Shown here: piece after piece, positions 46,015 to 55,978 of the stretch | Numbering within the stretch: the stretch's first letter is position 1 | Layout: every line of letters begins with the position of its first letter | DNA from: Candidatus Sumerlaeia bacterium | Lineage (GTDB): Bacteria > Sumerlaeota > Sumerlaeia > SLMS01 > JANRJK01 | Assembly (NCBI GenBank): GCA_033764015.1 | Contig: JANRJK010000013.1 | Span: forward strand, 128,001 to 192,000 | Direction of reading: 5' to 3' | DNA length: 64,000 nt | The notes under the pieces: model-generated | What the model was told of the DNA's origin: nothing | Database searches by the model: none | The model's input: only the letters and a program-made list of their open reading frames with translations | Position numbers and translations under genes: made by a program

Positions 46015-47247
46015 CTACTCGCTCCGCAGCGCCTCGATGGGATCGAGCCGCGACGCCTTGAAGGACGGGTAGAAGCCGAAGAAGAAGCCGACGCCGGCGG
46101 CGACCGTCACGCTGATGACGACCGCCTCCGGCGGCACGATGGTCGTCCAGCCGGCGTAGGCCGAAATCCCCCGCGCGAGGCCCGTCCCGAGCCCGATGCC
46201 GATCAGCCCGCCGAAGATGCTGATCAGCAGCGACTCGATGATGAACTGCGAGAGGATGTCGCGCTGCGTGGCGCCGAGCGCCCGGCGGATGCCGATCTCG
46301 CGCGTGCGCTGCGTGACGCTCGCCAGCATGATGTTCATGATGCCGATGCCGCCCACCAGCAGCGAGATCGCCGCGATGAACACCAGCACCTGCGAAAGGA
46401 TGTTCTTCGTCTGCTGCTGCTGGCGGATCAGCTCCTCCGGCACCAGCACGCGGAAGGTGGCGACGTTGTTCTGGCGGCGCAGGAGGATCCGCTCCGCGAG
46501 CGCGGCGGACTCGCGCAGCGGCTGCGTCCCGTCCGACTTGAGGATGATTTCGTCGAGCTGTTCGTTCCGCGGGTCGTCGGTCCCCACGCGCCGCAGCGCC
46601 GAAGTGAGCGGCAGGAACACCGCGCGGTCCACGTCGATGGACTCGACCACGCTGCCGCCCTTCCGCGCCCGGGGCGCCAGGGTGCCGACCACCGCGAACG
46701 GGCGCCCGTCCACCAGCAGCGTCTGGCCGACGGGCTCGACCAGCGGGAACGCCGCGCGCCGCACCGCGTCGCCGATCACCACCACGCGCTTCGCCTCCTC
46801 CAGGTCCAGCGCCGCGAGGAACCTCCCCTGGTCCACCCGGTAGCCCACGATGTCGGGGAGCGCCTCGTTGGTGCCGTAGACCTCGGCGGTGATGGTGCGT
46901 CCCTCGGCGGCGACCGGCACGTCGATGATCTTCAGGGGCGCCGCGTGCGTGATGCCGGGAACCGCCGCGACGAGCGCGTCGGCGTCCACGCGGCGCAGCC
47001 CCCAGGGGGCCTGCCTCTGCGCGAGCGCCTCGTCCGCGCCCCGCAGCGTGGCCTTCTTGACCCGCACCGTGTTGGAGCCGAGCTCCGCGAGCTGCCGCGC
47101 CAGCTCCTCGCGCGCGCCGGCGCCGATCGCCGAGGTGCTGATCACCGCCGCGACGCCGAAGATCACGCCTAGCATCGTCAGCGAGCTGCGCATCTTGTGC
47201 ATCGCCAGCTCGCGCCAGCCGATCCGGAGCGATTCCCCGAGGTGCAT
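46015..47247 (-). CDS. MacB/FtsX-family ABC transporter permease
   Basis: RSSLTMLGVIFGVAAVI, SLLVGGIGIMNIMLASVTQRTREIGIRRALGA, LDPIEALR. Confidence 0.95.
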   Translation of the reverse strand: MHLGESLRIGWRELAMHKMRSSLTMLGVIFGVAAVISTSAIGAGAREELARQLAELGSNTVRVKKATLRGADEALAQRQAPWGLRRVDADALVAAVPGITHAAPLKIIDVPVAAEGRTITAEVYGTNEALPDIVGYRVDQGRFLAALDLEEAKRVVVIGDAVRRAAFPLVEPVGQTLLVDGRPFAVVGTLAPRARKGGSVVESIDVDRAVFLPLTSALRRVGTDDPRNEQLDEIILKSDGTQPLRESAALAERILLRRQNNVATFRVLVPEELIRQQQQTKNILSQVLVFIAAISLLVGGIGIMNIMLASVTQRTREIGIRRALGATQRDILSQFIIESLLISIFGGLIGIGLGTGLARGISAYAGWTTIVPPEAVVISVTVAAGVGFFFGFYPSFKASRLDPIEALRSE

Positions 47248-47356
47248 CCCGCGTCCTTCCGCCGTTGATTCCGTTGACCGCGCGCCCTGCCGGGACGCAT
47301 CGCCGTGCGAGGAAATGCCCCGGGCCGCCCCGTGGCCACAACGGAAGAGACCGCGC

Positions 47357-48136
47357 ATGGAAACGATCCTCAGGCGATGGGCCTGGGACTGCTTCGACCA
47401 GTTCGGCCGCCTCGTGGCGGTCAACGTGCTGCTGTGCGCCATCGCCGTGCCCGCGTTCATGTCCGCCCTCGACCTCGCTGAACGCATCGGGCCGGAGGGC
47501 GCGGGCTGGGTGCTGTTCACGTCGCTGCTGCTGTTCGCGGCGGTGTCCGGATTCGGGACGCTCTGGTTCGCGCCGCTCCTCTGGTTCCTGAACGTCGAAC
47601 TCCGCCGCGAGTCTCCGCCGCTGCGCCGCTTGTGGGACGGATTGCGGACCCGTTCCGGCCCGGTGTTCCGCTTCCTCGCGGCATGTGGAGCGATCGCGGC
47701 CGCGCTTTGGAGCAGCGTCTGGTTCTACGCCTTCTCCGGCGTCCTCCCCGAATCGCTCAAGCTCCTCGGCTACACGCTCTCCGCCCTCTCGCTGTGGATG
47801 CTCCTCTTCCTCGCCGGAGTCGCAGCGCACGGCGTGGTCCTCGCCGCCCGCGAGGACCGCCCGCTCGGGCGCCTCTTCCGCCTCGCGGCGATGCTCTCGG
47901 TGGCGCGCGCCCGGGCCACGTTCATCTCCATCGCCTTCATCGCGGTCTTCTGGTTCTTCGCCTGGCTCTGCCAACTGGTCGGCGTCTTGCTGATCGCCTT
48001 CAGCGCGACGGTGGTGCTGCTCAACGCGCTCCACGAGGACACGCTGCGATGGCAGCGGCGCCTCGCGGGGGAGGACGTCCCGGACGACGAACACTACACC
48101 CGCACAGTCGGTGAAGTGCTTCGCCCCTGGCAGTAG
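47357..48136 (+). CDS. Hypothetical membrane protein (DUF624/YesL-like)
   Basis: Five to six TM helices; ends RTVGEVLRPWQ. Confidence 0.7.
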   Translation: METILRRWAWDCFDQFGRLVAVNVLLCAIAVPAFMSALDLAERIGPEGAGWVLFTSLLLFAAVSGFGTLWFAPLLWFLNVELRRESPPLRRLWDGLRTRSGPVFRFLAACGAIAAALWSSVWFYAFSGVLPESLKLLGYTLSALSLWMLLFLAGVAAHGVVLAAREDRPLGRLFRLAAMLSVARARATFISIAFIAVFWFFAWLCQLVGVLLIAFSATVVLLNALHEDTLRWQRRLAGEDVPDDEHYTRTVGEVLRPWQ

Positions 48137-48208
48137 CCGCGTCGTGAACGCTTGCCCCCCGGGAGGCTGCGCGGCCCAAAAGAACGCAGGTTCGATGATC
48201 GAAACTCT

Positions 48209-48238
48209 TTGCGCAGCCGACCGCGACGCTGCTAAAAT
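48209..48238 (+). promoter_or_regulatory. Sigma70-type promoter for ferredoxin
   Basis: TTGCGC-N18-TAAAAT with extended TG. Confidence 0.5.
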
Positions 48239-48277
48239 GGAAACAACGCGGAAAGAAAGGACTCTAGCCAGCCCACC

Positions 48278-48508
48278 ATGGCCGATCTCAACAACCGACT
48301 CTCGGAAAACGTCCCCGGCAAATTCTTCGTGGACGACCAGTGCATCGACTGCGACGCGTGCCGCGCGACCGCGCCGGACAACTTCGCCCGCAACGACGAG
48401 AAGGGTTACTCCTACGTCTTCAAGCAGCCCGCCAACCAGCTCGAGGCGCAGCTCTGCCGCGACGCCCTCGAAGGCTGCCCCGTCGAGGCCATCGGCGACA
48501 ACGGCTGA
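48278..48508 (+). CDS. Monocluster ferredoxin
   Basis: ENVPGKFFVDDQCIDCDAC...APDNF...CPVEAIG. Confidence 0.95.
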   Translation: MADLNNRLSENVPGKFFVDDQCIDCDACRATAPDNFARNDEKGYSYVFKQPANQLEAQLCRDALEGCPVEAIGDNG

Positions 48509-48530
48509 GCGGAGCAATCCCCGGAAACAC

Positions 48531-48558
48531 CGCGGGGCCTGCCATCGGCAGGCCCCGC
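48531..48558. terminator. Hairpin after ferredoxin
   Basis: GCGGGGCCTGCC-ATC-GGCAGGCCCCGC. Confidence 0.6.
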
Positions 48559-48694
48559 AGCGGCTCAGTACATGGTGACCGGGAGGTCGAAACCCTCGGT
48601 CATTACGCGGACGGTGGCGAATGTCGCGAGCGGGCGGCAAGCGCAAACACGCAATTTCACACCTAAAGATGCGTCGCAGTTCGCTTGAGGAAAT

Positions 48695-49477
48695 TCAAGC
48701 GCCGGATTTCTCCACCACCACCATCACAAACCAGCAACGGCGACGCGATCCGGGCCAAAGCCTGAAGAGCGCCCGGTCGAGCCCGTCCAGCGCGGCCTCG
48801 CTCCGGCGCAACAGGCCCGCATTCGGAACCGCGAACGCGAAGGCGAGCGCGAAGAACGCGAGGAAGTGGCTGCGCCGCACCCGTACCCGGGCGCCGGGAA
48901 ATCCCGCCGCGAGCGCCCCCACCTCGCCATCGCCGAAATAGGTAGTGATGTGTTCCCACACCTTCGGCGCGGCGAGCCGGCGGTAGGCGCGGACGAACGG
49001 GTTGTGCGGGGTCGGCTCGATGAAGACACCCCGGCCGCCGGGACGCAGCACGCGGTTCAGCTCCGCCGCCGCGCGCGGCAGGTCGGTGTGGATCAGCACG
49101 CTCTTGGTCAGCAGCGCATCCACCGAGGCGTCCGCCAGCGGGAGGAATTCCGCGAGCCCGGCGACCGCGGCGGCGCGGCATCCCGGCGAGAGGACCGCGA
49201 GGTTCCGGTTACCCTCCGCCAGGCGCGTCGCCGCGAGATCGACGATCACGACCTCGGCGCCGCGGCGCGCGAGGAGCGCGGCCGCGAGTCCCAGCCCGTC
49301 GCCGAGCGCGAGCACGCGTCTGCCGCGAAGCGGGCCGAGCGCGCGCAGGGCGCGGCGGATATCGAGCGTTTCGTATAGTCCCAGCTCCGCGCGCGGGTCG
49401 CTGCGGCGCTCCGCGGCGAGGTTTCGCGCATCGAGTGTGGCGGCCCAATGCCGCCGGTTTCGCTGCCAACGGTCCAA
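48695..49477 (-). CDS. Class I SAM-dependent methyltransferase
   Basis: RVLALGDGLG, VDLA, AEFLPLADASVD, RVLRPGGR; start uncertain. Confidence 0.8.
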   Translation of the reverse strand: MDRWQRNRRHWAATLDARNLAAERRSDPRAELGLYETLDIRRALRALGPLRGRRVLALGDGLGLAAALLARRGAEVVIVDLAATRLAEGNRNLAVLSPGCRAAAVAGLAEFLPLADASVDALLTKSVLIHTDLPRAAAELNRVLRPGGRGVFIEPTPHNPFVRAYRRLAAPKVWEHITTYFGDGEVGALAAGFPGARVRVRRSHFLAFFALAFAFAVPNAGLLRRSEAALDGLDRALFRLWPGSRRRCWFVMVVVEKSGA

Positions 49478-49704
49478 GCTGGCGCCGCCTTTGCTCCCCG
49501 CATTGCCGCCGGGGGTCGATGCCGTCGAGCCTCCCCGCGGCGCCGCGGGCGGCGCACGCGCTTTCCAAGGTTGCGCCCGATGTGTTTTTCGACTGACACC
49601 CTGCGGTGCGGAGCGGCGTCGTAGAGGTCGCTTGGACGTGGCAGGAACGGGACGCGGGCCTCTGCCGGGGGCGCGGGACGCTCCAATCCTTCGAGGTGCG
49701 CAAG

Positions 49705-51951
49705 ATGGCAACGGTTCGACTCCGCCCGCGTGGGGCCCAGGGAACTCGACTCCGGAACGGGCTGGCGTGGGTGCTAGCGGCCGCGCTGACGGCGCCGGCG
49801 CTGGTTCCCGCGCAGGACTCCGGGCAGCCCGCCGCGCAAGCCGCCGCCGCGCCCCGCTTCGACGTCGCCTTCGTCGACGCGAAGGTCGAGCAGGTGATCG
49901 CCTCGATCAACGACTCGCAGCCCATCCGCGTCTCCCTCTTCGGCCGGACCACCGGCGAGCGCGTCACGGTACTCCAGGAACAGACGACCCTCGAGGAGGC
50001 GCTCGCCACGGTGACGCGCCAGAAAGGGTGGATCTACTGGCGCCTCGACGACGGCGGCTACGGCGTCGCCGACCGCGCGTACTTCGAGCAGGAGATCCTC
50101 CCGCGCCGCTTCGTCCAAAAGGTCTTCCAGCCGCGCAATCTCAAGGCGTCCGAACTCCAGAAGGCCGTCCAGGACCTGCTCACCTCCGGCGCCGCCAACG
50201 GCACCGCGGTCGCCGACGACCGCACCAACAAGCTGATCGTCAACGACATGCCGGTCGTGATGGAGCGCATCGAGCGGCTGCTTCGCGAGATCGACGTGCA
50301 GCTCATCACCCGCGTCTTCCGCATCCGCCACGCCGACGTCGACGACGTCGCCTCGAAGATCGAGAACTACAAGTCCGGCCCGGGCACCATCGACGTCGAC
50401 ACCAAGACCCGCCAGATCATCGTCACGGACCTCCTCGCCAACGTCAAAAAGATGGAACTCCTCATCGACATCGTCGATGTCGGGCCGGAAATCGTCATCT
50501 ACGACGTGAACAACATCGGCATCGACGGCGGCGACCTCGAGAGCCTCCAGAACATCATCGACTCGATCCGCACCGAGGACCTGCTGTTCGAGGTGAACGC
50601 CAAGCAGGGCGTCTTCGTCCTCGAGGACGTCCCCAGCGTCCACGAGAAGGTGGAGCAGATCCTTGAAAGCTTCGACCGGCCCGTGAAGCAGGTTCAGATC
50701 CAAGGCGAAATCGTGCAGACGGAGCTGGTCCGCACGTTCGGCCTCGGAATCGACCGCTTCATCTACTCGGACGACCTGACCTCCGCGATCGCGGACGGCT
50801 CCGTCACCGGGATCCCGGGCGTTTCCAGCGACGACCTCGCCGCCGACAACCTCGGGTTCCAGAACCTCGACGACACCTTCCCGATCTTCGACCTCACCGG
50901 ATCGACCGTCTCGGGCTCCTACCTGAACAGCAACATCTTCCTGCAGGCGAGCGCGGTGTTCTCCGACGCCTCCACGAACATCCTCCTGCAGCCGAACCTG
51001 CTGGTGAAGAACCAGGAGTCCTCGCGCATCCAGGTCGGCGCCGAAACGCCCTTCCTCACCACCTTTTTCAACGACAACAACACGGGCGGCTCGACGCGGT
51101 CGACCAGCCAGCAGCGCATCACGGACGGCCTCCAGTTCGAGATCACCCCGTCGATCGCGAACAGCTTCCTCATCGAACTCGAAATCACCATCGACAACGA
51201 CAAGGCGTTCAACGCGGGCGAGAACGAAGGCATCACGCTGATCGGCAAGACGCGCCAGAACATCGAGACGATCCTGCAGATCCCCAGCGGCCAGACGCGG
51301 GCGATCGGCGGCCTGATCACAACGGACCAGAGCGAAACGCACACGGGACTGCCGTTCATCTCGAAGCTTCCGGTCGTCGGCCCGCTCTTCGGCAAGCGCA
51401 CCAACAACGAAACACGCAAGAACCTGATGCTCTTCATCACGCCCACGATCGTCGAGGACACGCTCCCCCTCGCGACCGGGACGAACGGACGGCGCGGCCG
51501 CCTGATCAGCGAGTACCAGCGCGTCCCGCTCCCCGAGAACGTCTCGCCGGAAACGCAGCAGCGGCTCGACGAAGCGCTCGAACGCCTCGGCACCGGCGAC
51601 GGGGGCTCGGCGATGCTCTCGGGCGACCCGGACGAGGAGATGCGCATGCTGCAGGTGATGCGCCAGCAGTACGATTCGGAGTCCGGCCCCGCCGACCTCT
51701 TCGACGGGTCCAACTACACCCCGACGCAGGGCAAGGGCGCCTCCTCTGCGATCAACACGGAGTCCGTCCCGGTGAACACCGGAATCCCCGGCGACGCCCA
51801 GCAGGGCGGCCAGTCCGCCCAGCCCGGCCAGCGCGGCGGCCCGCCGCAGGGTCGCGGGCGCGGACGCGGCGTCGAGCGCCAACCCGGCAACAACGTGCCG
51901 CCCCAGGCTACGCCGATCCCCGCCACGCCGCAGCGCGAGACGCGCTACTGA
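49705..51951 (+). CDS. Type II secretion/type IV pilus secretin (GspD-like)
   Basis: N-domain repeats (DDRTNKLIV, DTKTRQIIV), DRPVKQVQI, IQVGAETPF, IGGLI, GLPFISKLPVVGPLFG, NLMLFITPTIV. Confidence 0.9.
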   Translation: MATVRLRPRGAQGTRLRNGLAWVLAAALTAPALVPAQDSGQPAAQAAAAPRFDVAFVDAKVEQVIASINDSQPIRVSLFGRTTGERVTVLQEQTTLEEALATVTRQKGWIYWRLDDGGYGVADRAYFEQEILPRRFVQKVFQPRNLKASELQKAVQDLLTSGAANGTAVADDRTNKLIVNDMPVVMERIERLLREIDVQLITRVFRIRHADVDDVASKIENYKSGPGTIDVDTKTRQIIVTDLLANVKKMELLIDIVDVGPEIVIYDVNNIGIDGGDLESLQNIIDSIRTEDLLFEVNAKQGVFVLEDVPSVHEKVEQILESFDRPVKQVQIQGEIVQTELVRTFGLGIDRFIYSDDLTSAIADGSVTGIPGVSSDDLAADNLGFQNLDDTFPIFDLTGSTVSGSYLNSNIFLQASAVFSDASTNILLQPNLLVKNQESSRIQVGAETPFLTTFFNDNNTGGSTRSTSQQRITDGLQFEITPSIANSFLIELEITIDNDKAFNAGENEGITLIGKTRQNIETILQIPSGQTRAIGGLITTDQSETHTGLPFISKLPVVGPLFGKRTNNETRKNLMLFITPTIVEDTLPLATGTNGRRGRLISEYQRVPLPENVSPETQQRLDEALERLGTGDGGSAMLSGDPDEEMRMLQVMRQQYDSESGPADLFDGSNYTPTQGKGASSAINTESVPVNTGIPGDAQQGGQSAQPGQRGGPPQGRGRGRGVERQPGNNVPPQATPIPATPQRETRY

Positions 51952-51953
51952 CC

Positions 51954-53066
51954 GTGGCCAACCCGGAGGACCCGCGGGTCCTCCACATCGACACCGAGTC
52001 CGGCTGGCGCGGCGGACAGCAGCAGGTCTTTTGGCTCACGGAGGGGCTCGCCCGCCGCGGCGTTCCGCAGCGGATCGCGTGCCCCGAAGGCTCCCCGCTC
52101 GCGGAACGCCTCGCCGATGCAGGCGTGGCGGTAGCGCGCCTCAAGCACCGGCGCGCTTGGGATCCACGCGCGGTGTTCGCGCTCCGGCGCGAGGCGGAGC
52201 AGTTCGGCGCCAGCATCGTCCACGCCCATGCGGGCAACGCGCACAGCCTCGCGGTCGCCGCCTTCCGCGGCAGGTTGCCGGTCGTGACGACCCGACGGGT
52301 CGACTTCCGCATCCAGTCCAACCTCTTCTCGCGGCGGAAGTACACGACGCCCGGCCAGACGTTCATCGCGATCTCGACCGCCATCGCACGCATCCTCGAA
52401 GAGGGCGGCGTCCCGCCGGAGCGCATCCGCCTCGTGCCGAGCGGCATCGACTCCGCCCGCGTGGCCGGCGGCGACCGCGCGAAGCTCCGCGCGGAGTTCC
52501 TCGGCGGACGCTCCGGCCCGCTCGTCGGCTACATCGGCGCCTTCGCGGACCACAAAGACCTGCCGACGCTGCTGCGGGCGGTGCCTTTCGCGGTCGCGGC
52601 GGACCTTGGCGGCCTGCGTGTCGCCTTGGTGGGTTCGGGCCCCGGGGAGCACCTGCTTCGCTCGCAGGCGGCGGCGCTGCCCCAGCCCGACCGCATCCAC
52701 TTCGCCGGCTGGCGCGAGGATGTCGCGGACTGCCTGGCGGCGTTCGACCTCTTCTGCGTGTCGAGCAAGGAGGAGGGGCTCTGCACCTCGCTCCTCGATG
52801 CGCAGGCGGCGGGCGTGCCGTGCGCCATCACGGCGGCGGGCGGGATGATCGACATCGTCCAGGACGGTGTGAACGGGCTCGTCTCCCCAGTCGGGGACGC
52901 GGCGGCGCTCGCGGCGAGCTGGGTGCGGCTTGCGGGCGATCCCGCGCTCGCCGCGCGCTGCGCCGAAGCCGGCCGCCGCGTCGTTGCGGACCGCTTCACG
53001 AAGGACGCCATGGTGGAGGGCAACCTCGCCGTGTACCGCGAGACGCTCGCCGCAGCCCGCCGTTGA
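51954..53066 (+). CDS. Glycosyltransferase family 4
   Basis: VLHIDTESGWRGGQQQ, VHAH, TRRVDF, EGLCTSLLDA, GVNGLV. Confidence 0.93.
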   Translation: MANPEDPRVLHIDTESGWRGGQQQVFWLTEGLARRGVPQRIACPEGSPLAERLADAGVAVARLKHRRAWDPRAVFALRREAEQFGASIVHAHAGNAHSLAVAAFRGRLPVVTTRRVDFRIQSNLFSRRKYTTPGQTFIAISTAIARILEEGGVPPERIRLVPSGIDSARVAGGDRAKLRAEFLGGRSGPLVGYIGAFADHKDLPTLLRAVPFAVAADLGGLRVALVGSGPGEHLLRSQAAALPQPDRIHFAGWREDVADCLAAFDLFCVSSKEEGLCTSLLDAQAAGVPCAITAAGGMIDIVQDGVNGLVSPVGDAAALAASWVRLAGDPALAARCAEAGRRVVADRFTKDAMVEGNLAVYRETLAAARR

Positions 53067-53145
53067 CGTGCATCGCCAACGGGTGCATTCTCCCAGCACC
53101 GGACAGCTCCTCCCCCCGCGAAACCCCACGCCTGCCGGAACCTTC

Positions 53146-55953
53146 TTGAACCGACATCTCGCAGTTCTGCTCGTGGCCACCTTGGGCGCCGCCTCGCCCC
53201 TGCGTGCCATCGATCCCGCTACACTTCCGCAGGTCGGCTACCACCCGAGCGGCATCGCCTACTGGGACACGCCCTTCTTTGCGGACGCCACGATGAACTC
53301 CAGCGCCTGGATGACGTACGCGCCCAGCACCTGGGGCTCCGGGGTCCTGAGCTGGAACCAGCCGGGCTTCGACGCCAACCAGTACCCGCGGGCGATGGTC
53401 CCCGGCATGAACTACCGGATGATCCTGTACGGCCTGCACACGGATTACGGTTCGCGCCCCGCCACCTGGCCGCGGCGCGGGCAGGCGGCCACCGGCAAGG
53501 TCACGCTCACGTGGAGCGGCAACGCCGACATCCGCCTCAACGGAGGCGGCACCTTCCTCTCCGCCGAGTCCAACGGCGCCGCGACCGGCCTCCTCGACAA
53601 CGGCCGGCGCACTTACTTGTACACCGGCACCGCGCAGGTGAACTGGCTCGAGGTGCACGGCATCGACGCCGCCGACCCGATCACGGACATCGACGTGTGG
53701 CTGCCCGATCCGGCGGATCCGGCGAACACCACGCTCGAGGGTCAACTCTTCCACCCGACCTTCCTCGCGCGGCTGGCCGACGCGCCGTGGGGCTTCATCC
53801 GCTTCATGAACTGGTCGAGCACCAACGCCTCCCCGGAGCAGGACTGGTCCGACCGGCGGCTGCCGGACGCCGCGTTCATGTCCGGCACCCAGAACACCCG
53901 CCAACCATCCGCGACCGCGGGCGGCTACCGCGTCACCGGCGTGGCCTGGGAGTACTGCGTCGCGCTCTGCAACGAGGCGGACAAAGACCTCTGGCTCACG
54001 GTGCCGCACCTCGCGACGGACGACTACGTGCGCAAGCTCGCCCAGCTCGTGCGCTACGGCAGCGACGGCGTCGAGCCGTACACCTCGACGCAGGCGAGCC
54101 CCGTCTGGGCGCCGCTCGAACCGGGCCGCCGCGTCTACATCGAATACTCGAACGAGATCTGGAGCAGCGGCGGCTCGTTCCCGCAGGGCGACTGGGCGCA
54201 GCAGCAGGCGACGGCGCTGGGCATCACCAAGGGGCGCTTCAACGGGCGCCGCTTCAGCGAAGTGTTCAGCACCTTCCAGGACGTCTTCGGCGGCACCGAT
54301 GGCTTGGTGCGCGTGGCGGCGGTCTTCACCGCGAACGACTCCTACAATCAGGACTTCCTCAACGAAATGGCCGCCTACGGCCCGACGCTCTCGCCCCCCG
54401 CGGAGCCGGACGTCGTCGCCGTCACGACCTACTTCGGCAACGGAATCCAAGACTGGGCGTACCTCCGGTCGCTGGAGCAGGCCGGCACCGCGGACCAATG
54501 GTTCAACACCACCGCCACCTTCGACGCCGGCGGCGGCAACATGCGCCCGGTTCGTGTCGATCCCGCGCACGCGTACTGGAGCGGCGCCGACCTCGAGCGC
54601 CACCTGCAGGCAACCTTCGACGAGTGGGAGTACCGCATGCTCTCCGGGGACGCCCGGGAGGGCGCCGGTCCCGACGCGGTCGGCATCGGCGGCGGCTTCG
54701 GGCAAGGAATCATCGACATGGCGCGCACCTACTTCCCCACTCCGAAGCCAATCATCGCCTACGAGGGCGGGCCCTCTCTCTACACGGACGGCTACGACGG
54801 CGGCGACTCGCGGGACGACGGGCTCACCATGTTCATGGAGGCGCTCAACCGGCACCCGCGCTTCGAGACCGTCTACCGCATGCACCTCAACATGGCGAAG
54901 TCGAAGGGGCTCCGCTCCCACAGCATGTTCACCGATAGCGGGCCCTGGGGGAAGTTCGGCCAATGGGGCCACCTCGAGTACCTTTCGCAGAACCCCTCCC
55001 AAGCGCCGAAGTACCAGTTCCTGCTGGACTGGATCGGGGAGCAGGCGTCGCTCCGCCACATCGACGACGTGCTGGGCGCGGCGCCTTCCTTCGCCACGCC
55101 GCACACCCTCCCGGTGGCGGTTTACGGCACACCCTACTCGGCGGACATCGTGGTTACCGGCGGCGACGGCGCGCGCACCATCACGCCGATCGCCGGTTCG
55201 ACCCGGGGCGGGCTCGCGCTGGACGTGCTGCCTGGCGACCCGGACCGCGTTCGCATCGCGGGAACCCCCTCCGAGGGCGGACGCAGCTTCGCCTATCTCC
55301 GCGTGACCGACGCGGATGGCGACCCCGCCTGGCGCACCTTCACGGTGCGGACCGTCGGCGGAGCGGAGACAATCCTCGAAGCGAACTTCGAGGGCACGAA
55401 TCCGTCCGCGCAACTCGCGTGGACGCCGACCTACATCCTAGCGTCCGGGCTCGCCTACACGGGCGTGCAGCGCGGGGCGGGAGTCCTGACGCGGACGTCG
55501 GACAACTCCTACGCCTGGGCGCAGAACATGCCCGCCGCCGAGGTGGACTCGACGCTCGCGCTCGCCGTCGCCGACAACGAGTACCTCGCCGCCACGATCA
55601 CGCCGCCTGCCGGACACACGCTCGACCTCGCGGGCAAGGAGGTGCGCTTCACGATCCGCCGCCTCAGTTACCACGCGCCGCGCCGCTACGCCGTGATGAC
55701 AAGCGTCGCCGGATTCGCCGCCGGCGCGGAGGTGTTCACGACGGACCGGGACGGGGGCGAGGAGGACAGCGAGCACCGCTTCACCCTTCCGGACATCCCG
55801 TCGTTCGAAGCGCTCGCCAGCCCCGTTGAGTTCCGCATCTACGGATTCGCCGGGCAGTACGGCGGCCACGCGACCAGCTTGACCGAGTTGCGCGTGGATG
55901 GCGTGCTTGCACCCCTAAGCGCGGGTGTCGGCGGGGCCTGGCAGGCCTACTGA
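53146..55953 (+). CDS. Secreted putative glycoside hydrolase with Ig-like domain and W-x-x-Y tail
   Basis: Signal peptide; IRFMNW, WLTVPH, YIEYSNEIW, IAYEGG, GQWG; Ig-like segment; ends SAGVGGAWQAY. Confidence 0.75.
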   Translation: MNRHLAVLLVATLGAASPLRAIDPATLPQVGYHPSGIAYWDTPFFADATMNSSAWMTYAPSTWGSGVLSWNQPGFDANQYPRAMVPGMNYRMILYGLHTDYGSRPATWPRRGQAATGKVTLTWSGNADIRLNGGGTFLSAESNGAATGLLDNGRRTYLYTGTAQVNWLEVHGIDAADPITDIDVWLPDPADPANTTLEGQLFHPTFLARLADAPWGFIRFMNWSSTNASPEQDWSDRRLPDAAFMSGTQNTRQPSATAGGYRVTGVAWEYCVALCNEADKDLWLTVPHLATDDYVRKLAQLVRYGSDGVEPYTSTQASPVWAPLEPGRRVYIEYSNEIWSSGGSFPQGDWAQQQATALGITKGRFNGRRFSEVFSTFQDVFGGTDGLVRVAAVFTANDSYNQDFLNEMAAYGPTLSPPAEPDVVAVTTYFGNGIQDWAYLRSLEQAGTADQWFNTTATFDAGGGNMRPVRVDPAHAYWSGADLERHLQATFDEWEYRMLSGDAREGAGPDAVGIGGGFGQGIIDMARTYFPTPKPIIAYEGGPSLYTDGYDGGDSRDDGLTMFMEALNRHPRFETVYRMHLNMAKSKGLRSHSMFTDSGPWGKFGQWGHLEYLSQNPSQAPKYQFLLDWIGEQASLRHIDDVLGAAPSFATPHTLPVAVYGTPYSADIVVTGGDGARTITPIAGSTRGGLALDVLPGDPDRVRIAGTPSEGGRSFAYLRVTDADGDPAWRTFTVRTVGGAETILEANFEGTNPSAQLAWTPTYILASGLAYTGVQRGAGVLTRTSDNSYAWAQNMPAAEVDSTLALAVADNEYLAATITPPAGHTLDLAGKEVRFTIRRLSYHAPRRYAVMTSVAGFAAGAEVFTTDRDGGEEDSEHRFTLPDIPSFEALASPVEFRIYGFAGQYGGHATSLTELRVDGVLAPLSAGVGGAWQAY

Positions 55954-55978
55954 CCGCCGCCCGGCGCAGAGGTGCGCG

